From assembly GCF_009834535.1 (NCBI RefSeq), contig NC_045707.1, forward strand, positions 45,944,001 to 46,008,000: a stretch of DNA of 64,000 nucleotides, written 5' to 3'. The notes beneath the pieces were generated by a model. That model searched no databases, had not been told where the DNA came from, and worked only from the letters and a program-made list of their open reading frames with translations. How positions within the stretch are numbered: position 1 is the stretch's first letter; the number at the start of each line of letters is the position of its first letter. Made by a program: the position numbers and the translations under genes. Source of the stretch: Camelus ferus. Its lineage: Eukaryota. This document shows positions 13,661 to 25,961 of this stretch, in pieces.

Positions 13661-14595
13661 GGTATATTTTGAAGTAAGATGGAGTCAATAGGATTTGCTG
13701 ATGGATTGGATTTTGAGAGAAAAAGGTGACTTCAAGCTTTTCAGCCTGAACTAGTGGTCTGTTTACTGAGAAGAGAAAGAGCAGGTAGGACAGGAGAAGC
13801 AGAGTTGAAAAGGGTGATCAAGAGTTCTAGCCAAGATGCCAGTTGGACAACCAAGTGGGGATGGTGGGGAGACAGTTGAAAACACTAGTCTGGAAGTCAG
13901 AATAGAGGTTGGCACTTAGAAATAGAACTTCGAGTGATATTATCTAGTGCAGTATGCAGTTTCATTAATTATGGGTAAATGGGTTAAGAGAATCTGATCT
14001 TCAGTTAAATATCTAGCTCTGTTACTCCGGAAACCAGATTAGATTGTATCAACCATATTGCTGGATAAAACTGATCCTTGATTGGTGAATTGCATCTAGA
14101 TTGAGAGGATTTATAAATGCTTGATGAGTTAGCTATCTTTGGGCTTCCCTGATTTGCTGCTCTTAAAATGTATGTCCCTTTTGGGAATGGGAATCCTGAA
14201 GCCGTGCTTATGGAGCTGTTGCTATTAGAGATACTAGCTTTTGTGGACATGAAGTTTTTAAGTCAGGGCAGCTCCTGCCACCAGCCTGGTATAGCTCGCA
14301 TCTCCCTTGAGCCTGTGCTGTGTCATCCTGGGAGTCAAAGAAAATAGCTCCTGGATGGCTAGGTGAGCTGTTATCTGCATTAACTAACTACTGCAGAGAC
14401 TCCCGATGAGAGGAACACCTGATGCTGCTCAGCTGGCAAGCTGTGGTTCCTGTCCTCTGTCCTTCTGAGTTGTCTGGTGCCCAGTGTGGCCCATGATGGT
14501 CTGTGAGTCTGTTCTATAACTATGTGGTCTCACCTGGAGAAGGATTTCCCTTCAGAGACATCAGCGGTTTTGATAGAATCAAGAATATCATTAAT

Positions 14596-14684
14596 GTCCA
14601 TGAATGACTGAAAAATTGTGCTGAACACTGGAATTTGACACAACGTTGTAAAATGATTATAAATCAATAAAAAATGTTAAAAAA
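14596..14684 (+). mobile_element. Extremely 5'-truncated young L1 (89 bp)
   Basis: L1 3' terminus with AATAAA and A tail. Perfect 15-bp TSD aagaatatcattaat at 14581-14595 and 14685-14699. Confidence 0.9.
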
Positions 14685-15193
14685 AAGAATATCATTAATA
14701 AACATTTGTTGCTCACTTAATGTTCCCTAATCTTGTGGGAACATTAGAAATCTTGTGGGAAAATGAGTTCATTTTGCCTGTCTTGTTGCAAGGCTTTCAT
14801 TTTCTTTGAATCTATCAGCAGTCAGTAAAACTCTTAGGTTTACTAGTAGATCAACAAAAGGTATACATGATGATGCAAATTCTGGGATGGGCCGTGGAGC
14901 TACTCATACCTTGAAAATAATAAATGTATTGCCTAGAACCTAGCACAGTACCCAGGTTATAGATAGTTCATTCATTCAACAAATAGTTATTGAGCATCCC
15001 ACTGTATGTCAGGCACTGGTTGGTTTATACATTCATAGTGGTGAACAAAATACATAGTCCTTGCTCTTTGGGAGTTTATAGTCACTTAATGAATACTGGC
15101 TGGTAGACTAATACTGCACTTTAACTTAAAGTCTGTTATTTTTCTTTGTTATGGTACCTTCCTGAGATTTTAATTTCTTCTTTAACTTGATTG

Positions 15194-15329
15194 TTCTTTT
15201 GTTTGTTTTTGGGTGGAGGAGGTAATGAGGTGTTTTGTTTTTGTTTTTTTAATGGCGGTACTGGAGATTGAACCCAAGACCCCTGCATGCTAAGCACACA
15301 TTCTACCACTGAGCTGTACCTCCCCTCCT
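15194..15329 (-). mobile_element. tRNA-derived SINE (Vic-1-like)
   Basis: Reverse A and B boxes. Perfect 16-bp TSD ttctttaacttgattg at 15178-15193 and 15330-15345. Confidence 0.9.
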
Positions 15330-17539
15330 TTCTTTAACTTGATTGAATGGAATGCTCAAAGTATTTCAGTAGATTACAAATACTGTCTTTTACCACTTTT
15401 GATTGCCCTCAGTTTTATCTTTATGTTAGCTAATTGGCACCATCTATACAGTAGTGCACAATAATCTTTATTTTCATTTTTATGGTAGTAAACCAAGTAA
15501 GTAATCAGTATCTACATGAAATTTTACAAGATAAAATGTTGTTATGGGTAGAAAGGTAGAAAGGTTGGGCTATTTTATGCATAATAGTATGAAATTACTC
15601 TTTTCACTTACATCAGAAGACACAGATGTTTCTTTTATGGTTTGAAATATTAGAACTCTGAAATCCTTTGAACCAAGTTTTTAAAAAAAGAAAAACCATG
15701 GCTTGCCTAGATTTTTCTTTACTGTATATATACTTTTTTCCCACTTGGTGGCAGCGTCTGTTCATTTTAAGTAATGTCTTTTATTCCTCCCTGTAATGCA
15801 CTGGTCTCTCCTTGTGTATTGGCTTTTTCTTATTAAAATAATGATTAAATTACTCAAGTAATACACTTTTAAAAATTATAGCATATGTTTAAAAGGTTTC
15901 TTTTTTAACAAAATAATTTTCTCCTTGAAGATTTTTCCAGTGCCATGGTGAAATAAAATGTTTTTCTCTTGTAAGGTTAATTTATTTAGAATACTTAACA
16001 TCATTATGGCCAGCTTTTTTTTTTTTTTTTTTTTTTTTGGTTGACATAAGATGTTCTAGAAGCCTCTGTAGAGAAGTAAAGTGATAGGTAAGGGTGATTT
16101 CCTGAGGTGATAAAGAAGAATCAAGGATGATTCTTAGGTTTTGGATCTGAGATAGCTGGTGATACCGTTCATTCAGATGGGGAGACTGGGAGAATGATAG
16201 GTTGTGAGGGTGGAAGGTAGGAATCAAAAGCCTCCTTTGGGTTTAGTAAGTATGCAACACCTGTTGGAAATCCTAGTGAACAGATTTGTCAAGTAAACAG
16301 CAGGATGTATGAATCTGGAGCTTAGGGGAGAGGTCAAGCCAGCAAAGAATGAGAAGTAACTAGCAAAGTAAGAGAAAAGGCAAGAGATTAGCATTTCAAC
16401 AAACATGGGAAGTGTAGCTGTACTGATTTTTGCTGAGAGGTTAAGTAAGATAAGTACAGAAAAGCATTCATGTTGACTTGGCAATATGAACTTCATTGAA
16501 TCTAAATGGAATCTAGTTTTGAAAAAAATTTGGAGGGATCAGAAAAGTTTGAAAGAATCTGTCAGTGGGCAGGGATAATCCACATACCCTCCTAAGAGAC
16601 AACCACTGTCAACATTTGGCATACTTCCTTGATCCTTTTAGATAAATTTTTACGTAGTTATATTCATAATCATATTCAGTTTTACTTCCTGTTTTTTCTC
16701 TCAATAATATAAGCAATTTGCCATGTTATTAAAACAATCCTAATCATTAAAATATTTTTTCTGATTATAAAAATGTACAATTGTTAGAGAAAACTTAGAA
16801 AATCCAGAGAAATACAACATACAAACAAAAATAAATTCTAATTCCTTGGCCTAGAAGAAATAGACACTGCTAACATTTTGTTCATTGATTCAACAAATAG
16901 TTAAGGATCTGCTTTCAAGTAGAGGAAGGAATGTTTTTAAAGGATCACAGTGTGGAGAACAGGTTGTAGTTTACTGGTTGCACCTTCAACAGAAGGTTTG
17001 TGATTGTAAATAACTATATGTGGATATGTGCGTATACGTATGTATTTGTTTATTACATACAATATTTTGTTTTCCTCCTCCCCTCACTCTCACAGATGTT
17101 TTCTCCATATCACTTGATATTCTACTTGACAGTTTGTTTTAGTGTCTGAGGGACTTTGTATGTAGAAAAGATTAATGGCAATTTGAGTTTAAAATTAATA
17201 TTCTGTTTATACAGCTACAAATTTTAAAACTTAGTTGTTCTTAAGCTTTGAGTTTCCATTTATAAATAGGGCAACAAGATTAGTAAATTTTGCATAAAAA
17301 TAAAGAACAGTTATATTCTCTTGTTCTTTGGTGAATGTTTGATAAGGATTACCTTCTCCTAAACAGTTATCTCCATTTGCAAGTTTAGTTACTTGCATCC
17401 CTTTAAGCATTTTAGGGCACATTTATAAATGTAATATATTTGATTTTTTAAAAATATCTTCAAATGCCCAATGTAGGTAGATTAACAAGCCTATCAAGCA
17501 AAATGTTCCGAAGCCCTTAAATGACTCTTATTTACTCAA

Positions 17540-18295
17540 GCCAAAAATTTCAGGGTCCTTCTTAACTCTTTCTTTAATAACCAGTCTATCAGCAGGTTCT
17601 TTCTGCTTTACTTTATGACTGTATCCCACATCTGATCACTACCTCTGTGACCCCAGTCTAATTACAGTGATCTCTTGCCTGGACTTCTACTAAAACCTCC
17701 CAACTGGTCTCCTTACATTCTTGCAGTACACTAGTATTCTCCGCATAGTAAGTGATTAGAGTGATTATTTTAAACTGTAACTCAGGTAACATCAGACCCC
17801 TGCCCAGAACTCTCCATTGGCTTCCCATCATGGTGAGAATTAAAACCCCAACTCCTTACATGATCTGCAAGGCCTTATGTGCTCCTGGCCCTGCCAGGTC
17901 TGTACACTGCCGGGTTCACTGCCCTGCTGACTCTGGACTTAGTAGCCACATTGGCCTTCTTGCTTTTCCTTGAGCAAATGAGCACACTTCGTACTAGCTG
18001 TTTTCCCCAGATGTTGCCTGGCTCACGCCATCACTTTGTTCAGGTGGCTGTTTAGTGGCTCCCCAGACTCCCCTAGCTAAAAGAGCCCTTTTCCCTCACA
18101 CCGTTTCCCTTTCCCCTGCTCTAGTTTTTATCCTGGTCGCACTTATCTATGCCTTGCATTTTGTTACGTATTTAATTTATTGTTTCTCCAACTACCATAA
18201 TTCTTGGTAAATATTTTGTTCACTATTGTGTTGCTAATGCCTAAAGCAGCATCTAGCACATTATAGTTGCTCAATAAATATTTGTTTAATGAATG
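17540..18295 (+). mobile_element. L2 LINE fragment
   Basis: ctcttgcctggact...cctcccaactggtctcc...aactctccattggcttcc...gctcaataaatatttgtttaatgaatg. Confidence 0.75.
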
Positions 18296-19547
18296 TGGGT
18301 ATACTATTTTACTGGAAACAACTGTTATTTTGCTTTTTGGTTACAATAATTTTCTTTGCTGCTTCTAGCTGATCCAAAAATGGTTTGTCTGTTACTCCTT
18401 TTATAGCTTTTTAGGAATTTGAGCTAGATTTACCTCTGAATTCCATTCTAACTTCTACTTGTCCTTTTAAATGTGTTGTCACACTGAATCATGTTATAGT
18501 CTTTAAAATATGATTTTCCTAAATAAATTGCCATCTCAACACCAGAGAAGATTGTCTTCTTCCTCTTGATGTACCTGCCTAATCTATCCGTTTTCAGATA
18601 GTAGGTGTTGTATAAAATACTCTTTGAGCTGAATTGAAATGACTGTTACTCAGTACAGTGGGTTCCAAGTTTCATAGATCCTTTCTAATGTTTATTTTCT
18701 GCTCCAGAAAATCAGAGTATTAAGAGGCTGTTCTAAGAAACTATAAACTGTATGTTTAAGTAGATATTCTTATGTTACAGAATGTTACTTTATAACCTTT
18801 CTCTGTTAAAAATGTGTTAATTTTAAGGAGAAGACAGGATTATTTTGATTTTTAAAATTCAACATTTGTTTAACACGTTTTATTTACTTTTCAGTGCTTC
18901 TGATTCTAACATTTTGCAAAGATAAGTTGTTGGAAAATTTCATACCTGGGGTGTGGAAATAAACTGTGTATTACTCTTGGTGATCAAGGAACTACTCTTG
19001 ATCCCAATATCCAGAATAAATTTTCATTATGTTGACAGGTTATCAGTGTCTAGTATATGCTAGAGATAGTGATATGTGGAAAATTTTGGTTTCTAGATTA
19101 AAAAGCAGTTTGAACTTTTTCTGTGTAACTGTAGTGAATGACATGCTTTGGAATTGACATAGAAAAAATTCCATTAAGATAGACTAAGAAAAACAGTCTA
19201 TCTGCCACTAAAACTTTTAATTCTTTAAAGAGTGATTTTTTTTTTTTTTAAAGAAATGGCTTAAAGTGGGATGAAATGGGGTTAGAAATAGACAACCTAC
19301 TTTTAGTCCCAAATGACAGATGATTAGGGCAGGATTTAAAAAACATCTCTAGTTGTTTCAGATTAGAAGGATTTCTTTTTTTAATAACTTTCTTTCATCT
19401 TATATAGTAGTACATGTTTACTACAGAAAATAACAAAGCAAATAAAAGTGATCTATTATCCTGCCACATAGAGACAAACCACTGTTAGCTTTTTGTTATA
19501 TATTCTTCCCATCTTCTCTTTTCCTATGCATATGTAGACTTTGTTTT

Positions 19548-21740
19548 GGGTTTTTTTTTTTAAATTGAAGTATAGTTGATTTACAGTGTTGTGTTAATTT
19601 CTGGTGTACAGCATAGTGATTCAGTTATATATATATATTCTTTTTCATTATAGGTTATTACAAGATATTAGATATAGTTCCCTGTGCTATACAGTAGGAC
19701 CTTGTTGTTTATCTATTTTGTATATAATAGCTTGTATCTGATAATCCCAAACACCTGATTTCTCTCTCCCCTGCTTTCCCTTTGGTAATCATAAATTTGT
19801 TTTCTATGTCTGTGAGTCTGTTTCTGTTTTGTAAATAAGTTCATTTGTATCATTTTTTTAGATTCCACATGTGAGTGATATCATATATTTGTCTTTGACT
19901 CACTTCACTTAGTATGGTAATCTGTAGGTCCATCCATGTTGCTGCAAATAGCATTATTTCATTCTTTTTTATGGCTGAGTAATATTCCATTATATATACC
20001 ACAACTTTTATCTAGTCATCTGCCGATGGACATTTAGGTGGTTTTCATGTTTTGGATGTTGTAAATGGTGCTGCTATGAATAGTTGGGGTACATGCTTCT
20101 TTTTAAATTATAGTTTTCTTCAGATATATGCCCGGGAGTGGGATTGCTAGATTATATGGTAAGTCTATTTTTAGTTTTTTAAAGGAATCGCCATACTGTT
20201 TTCCATAGTGGTTGCACTAAATTACATTCCTACCAACAGTGTAGGAGTGTTCTGTTTTCTCCACACCTTCTCCAGCATTTATTGTTTGTGGGCTTTTTAT
20301 CTTGGCCATTCTGATTGGTGTGAGGTGATACCTCATTGTAATTCTGGTTTGCATTTCTCTGATAATTAATGATATTGAGCATCTTCTCATGTGCCTGTTG
20401 ACCATCTATATGTCTTTGGAGAAAGGTCCATGTAGGTACTCTGCCCATTTGTTTGATTGGATTGTTTGTTTTTTTTGTTACTGAGTTGTGTGAGCTGTTT
20501 GTGTATTCTGGAAGTTAAGCCCTTGTCAGTTGCATTGTTTGCGAATTCCGTAGGTTGTCTTTTCATTTTATTTATGGTTTCCTTTACTGTGCAAAAACTT
20601 ATAAGTTTGATTAGGTCCCATTTGTTTATTTTTGCTTTTATTTCTGTTGCCTTGGGAGACTGACCTAAGAAAACATTGCTATGATTTCTGTCAGAGAATA
20701 TTTTACCAAAGTGTGTATAGAGGGAACATATCTCAGCATAATAAAGACTATTTATGACAAACCCACAGCCAGCATAATACTCAATGGTGAAAAGCTGAAA
20801 GCCTTCCTGCTAAAATCTGGAACAAGACAGTGATGCCCACTCTCACCATTTCTGTTCAACATAATATTGAAAGTCCTAGCCACAGCAATCAGGAAAGAGA
20901 AAAAGGGATCCATACTGGAAGGGAAGAGGTAAAATTGTCACCATGTGCAGATGATAGTATACTATAAATATAGAAAACTCTACAGACTCTACACAAAAAC
21001 TACTAGAACTGATAAATGAATTCAACAGAGTAGCAGGATACAGGATTAACATACAGAAATCCATTGCATATCTTTATATTAACAATGAAATATCAGAAAA
21101 AGAAAGTTAAAAAAAATCCGTTTCAAAATCACATCAAAAAAAAATGCTTAAGAATAAACCTGACCAAGGATGTGAAAGACTTATACACCGAGAACTATAA
21201 AACATTGATAAAGGACATTAAAGATGATTTAAAGAAATGGAAAGCTATCTCATGCTCTTGGATTGGAAGAATTAATATTGTTAAAATGGCCATAGTGCCC
21301 AAAGCTATCTACGGTTTTAATGTGATCCCTATCAAATTACCCAGGACATTTTTCACAGAACTAGAACAAATAATCTTGAAATTTATATGGAATCACAAAA
21401 GATCCAGAATTGCCAAAGCAAGACTTAGGAAAAAGAACAAAACTGGAGGCCTAACCCTCCCAGACTTCAGACAATACTACAGAGCTACAGTAATCAAAAC
21501 AGCATGGTATTGGCACACACACAAAAGACATATAGCTCCATGGAACAGGATAGAGAGCCCAGAAGTAAACCCACACACCTATGGTCAATTAATCTTCAAC
21601 AAAGGAGGCAAGAATATAAAATGGAGAAAAGACCATCTCTTCAGCAAGTGGTGTTGGGAAAGCTGGAGAACCACATGTAAATCAGTGAAGTTGGAACACT
21701 CTCTCACATCATCCACAAAAATAAACTCAAAATGGCTTAA
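19548..21740 (-). mobile_element. L1 with 5' inversion (3' part on -, ORF2 segment on +)
   Basis: Poly-T, 3'UTR and ORF2 end on - up to about 20707. ORF2 reverse-transcriptase region on + from 20705 to 21746 (the 244-aa [15 protein letters not shown]...[19 protein letters not shown]). TSD agactttgtttt at 19536-19547 and 21741-21752. Confidence 0.95.
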
Positions 21741-24700
21741 AGACTTTGTTTTTGTTTTTAATGTATGTGGGCTTTTTGAAGATGTAGCCAGGGTTTGAAT
21801 TCTAGCTTTACTATGGTGGGCAAGTTATTTAAACTCTTGGGGCTCTAGTTTCCTCATTTATTAAATTGGGATAATAACATCTGTCTCATAGAGTTGTTTT
21901 AAGGATTAAATGAGTTAATATTTGTAAAGTGTTTAGAACAGTGCCTGTGACTTATAAATGCTATCTAGTATCATTAAGTACATAACCTGCTTTTCAAACT
22001 TAACATATGGTGAGCATTTTCTCAAGTCATAAAAAATTCTCTAACATAATTTTTAATGAGGCTTTAGTCTTCTGTCATATGGATATGCCCTGAGATATGT
22101 AAGTATTCCCTATATTATTCTTGGTTTTATTCTTTCCATGTTTTCACTGTTATAAATAAAGCTGTGGTCAACATCCTTGTATGTAAGCATTTATCCACAC
22201 ATCTTATTTCCTTAGGGCAAATTCCTACAGGTAAAATTGCTGCATCCAGGAGTGTACGTGCTGTGGTACCTACTGTCATATAGCCCTCAGTTTACACTCT
22301 AAGGATAAATGCATTCAGCTGTATGTGACTGTTGATTTCTCTATAACTTCACCAATACTGGTATTATATTATTTTTAAAAATTTTTGCTAATTTAGCTAG
22401 TAATATGTTACATCTTGTTTTAATTTGCATTTCCTTGATTAAACTTTTTTTTGTTGTTTGCCGCTTTTATTTTTTCCTTTTATGACTTATCTTTAACTTC
22501 TTTTATATATTTTTCTATTGGGTGTTTGATTTTTTTCTTTCTGATTTGTAATGATAGATAAACTGCTTTTCTGTATGTTACAAATATTTTCCCCTTTTTT
22601 ATTTTTTAATCTTGTTTGCGAAGTTTTAGGACGTAAATTAGTTTTTATGTAGTAAAATTATCATTTTTTCTTTATGGCTTTTTGCCTTTGATATTAAAAG
22701 CTTAAATAGTCCTTCATAGTCTGTGACTATCAGTGTATCTTAAGGATATAAATATTCTCCCATTTGTATCTGAGCACTGTTAATCTGTCTGTAATTATTC
22801 TGATATATGGCTTGGAAAATCTAATTTTTTTCAAAAAAATTAATTATCTTAGCATAATTTGTTGAGAAATGTTTACTTTCCCCAGTAATTTAAAAGGCCA
22901 GCCTTACCTTATATATCCTTGTCTGGGGAATTTCATTCTGTTTTATTATTGTGCTTTTGTACCAAAATTTTTATATCAATTTTTATGCCATTCTAATGTC
23001 TATGGCTTTAATATCTAGTAATGCCAGTCTTCCTGATAGTTGTAAATTTTCATGGCTTTCTTAAGATAAGACTTTCATCTGATCCTTAGAATTATAATTG
23101 TCAAGCCCTATTGGGATTTTGGTTCAGATTACATTTAATTAAAAATAATCATTACTGAGCTAACAGAGTTTGAATTGGCTATCTTGTAATGAACTGTCTT
23201 TGTTTTTTAAATTTGTTAAATTTATCAGTCCTATCCTGGGGTTAGATGGATCTCAGGATTTTGGCAGATACTTAGATGCTATCATAATCCCAATCCAGTT
23301 TTCATCTATTAATTGTATTTATGTTTCTGATCGAAAACTTCTCTTCAGCCATTGGAAAGCTGTGTTCAAGCCTTAGCTCTGTGACTCACATGCTTTGGGA
23401 CCTTTGGAAAATCATTTCAATTCTGTTTCCTCATTTTAAAAATATGAAATACTTAGATTAATCCTAAATAAGTGACTGAGTGATATGCATGAGAATATTT
23501 TCATAAACTAAAGTAGGATAGAGTAATAATGGTTTTAGCATAATGAATATTTTTACCTCAAAAAACAATCTGGAGGGTTTTTTAGTCTTTTATATTTATT
23601 TTTTGAAAATTTGAAAAATCTTTGGCATTTCTAGGCTCAGTGATGTTAAGTGAAAATACCTGAAAAATGAACATTAAAGTCAGAAGCCAGCCTTGATTCC
23701 CAAAATTAATAATGTGAACTGTCTAAAGAGAAGATTCAAAACCACCTATGTTTTTGTTATTATTGGCTGTTATTTGTTAATGTTTTATTTCCGGGAATTT
23801 TCTGAAAGGGAAAATTAAACTTTAAAATTTTTCTTATTAATATCTATCTTAAAGACTGTTTTCATTCACAATGATTTTTTAAAATCTACTTTATATGGTA
23901 TATATTTTTATTTCTTAAATTTCCTTTTGTGCTCTTTTATTCTTTCTTCACAAATCCCCCATTTTGTATTTTGAATGGCTGACAACCTCAAACTTAAGCG
24001 GAATAGTATATTTTCAATTAAGGGGAAAGTCTTCTTTCCCTGTTCCTTTGCACACTTTTTCTTCATATACAACTGAAAATTGAATCCTCCACTTATGGGA
24101 TTTATTTGCAACTGTGATTTAATATCTTGCTTTCCAGTTATTTTGACACACTAGAATATGTTGGAGTACTGAATTTTTCCCAAAGTGTAATATATTTTCA
24201 TTGTAAATATTTATCTCTTTTGTGTTTATAACTTTTGCTTTTCTGCCAGTCTCCTTATTTGTAGTGAGATTTCACTGACTTTATCATCAAGTGTAACTAA
24301 TTTCATATCCTGTCCTGTAAGATAATAACAGTGATAAAAAATGGAAATGGATCTAATGCCAGCCCAACAGAGTTTTCTAGACTAGTTAGTCCATTGACAT
24401 CTTTAGTTAATTAGAATAAAAATGACCCAACTGAAAACCTATTTTGCAAAAACTCTTTGGTGTGGAAATCTAAAAGGTTTTGTTTCTTTAGCCTTTATTT
24501 AATAATATAATTTTAACAGAAGGGTTATATTAGCCTAGAGGACTATAAACATTTTCTTGTTCCTCATAATTTCTTATTCTACCATAATGAGAATAAATTA
24601 CCATTTACTCATTTCCTGACTAGCCAGTAGCCTTACTGGAGGAACATGTTCAGATTTTATGTGTTGTGGTAAAAAATAACCTTTTAGCTTTCTTGAGAAT

Positions 24701-25593
24701 TTTAATTTTTCCATGAGCTCTCAGTTAAGTTACTGAATAGGCATATAAGAGCTTTGGACTATGGTTCCTTAAATATCATTGTAACTTTCAGGAGTCTTGG
24801 CAGCAAGTATTTGAATAAAAATTTTCTTTAGTTACTTAAGCTGACTCAACAAGATAAAAGTTAAATATTTCTGCCATGCCTTAAGCTTACATAAAGCCCC
24901 TTGATAAGTTACAGACTTGATTTTGACAGCTAATCCTTCCTTCGAGTGGCTAGTAGAGACTGTCTCACCACCAGCGTCTCAACCGGGTTTCAGAGCTCAT
25001 ATTAATAGTCATGGTTTATTGTTTCAGGTTATTTTCACTAATTCCCAGTTTCTTTTGAAGGATGTAAGAGAGAAACCAGCCCAGCGGGTACAGACTTCTT
25101 CATTCTTTGTATTAGCTGATCATGATATGATTATCTTTAGACACAAATACAGCAACAATAGTACTTTATCTCTATTCTTACTGGTTTTAGCCAGTTACCT
25201 AGCCATATATATGTATATGTTATAATCAGTAGTTTCAGAATTTAATTAACAGCAGTTTTTCTTTCTTAGAAATATGGTGTGTCTTAAAATTGACAGTGTC
25301 CTAGATTAGATGAAATATAGTAATCATAATAGCAATAACTAACATTTGTTGAGTACCTACTATGCATAGGAATTTTTCTAGGTGCTTTGTGTGTATTATC
25401 TCACTTAATCCTTATACTATCCTTTGTAGGAATGTTCAGATGAAAAAAAACTAAGGCATAAAAAAGTTCAGCTGATTGTGATGGAACTGAGATTTGAGCT
25501 GAAGCAACATAGTAGCTCCAGAGCTGCCCTCTTAACCCTCATCCCACTACACTGTGCTGCCTCTTCATAACTGTCCTTTTGTCCCTCTTTAAG

Positions 25594-25774
25594 GCATCGT
25601 TGGCTTCACTGCATGACTGATGATCCTCCGACAACAAAACCACCTACTGCTCGTAAATTCATTTGGACAAACCATAAATTCAACGTGACTGGCACTCCAC
25701 AACAATATGTACCTTATTCCACCACTAGAAAGAAGATTCAGGAGTGGGTCCCACCTTCAACACCTTACAAATAA
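25594..25774 (+). CDS. NDUFA12: NDUFA12 coding exon 4 (terminal)
   Basis: Acceptor gtccctctttaag|G. Translates [59 protein letters not shown], stop TAA at 25772-25774. Confidence 0.98.
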
Positions 25775-25900
25775 AGACAATTAAAAACATTTTAAACATG
25801 TAAAATGTGAGGCTTGCCATGTAATTGTACTTTTACTGCTTACTATTAACGTCATTAAAATTGTTTGATTAAGCCATGTCTTTTGTACCTTTTTGCTCTT
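25770..25900 (+). terminator. NDUFA12 polyadenylation region
   Basis: AATAAA 25770-25775 overlaps the stop codon. ATTAAA at 25780-25785 and 25854-25859, the latter followed by a T/GT-rich downstream tract. Confidence 0.65.
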
Positions 25901-25961
25901 ACCTTTGTAATTCATCTACTGCAAAATAGAAGCTTACAAACATGGGTAATTAAAGTTGATT

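Noticed and set aside
21064..21798. Longest ORF (244 aa) as a host gene
   Set aside because: It is an L1 ORF2 fragment inside the inverted L1.
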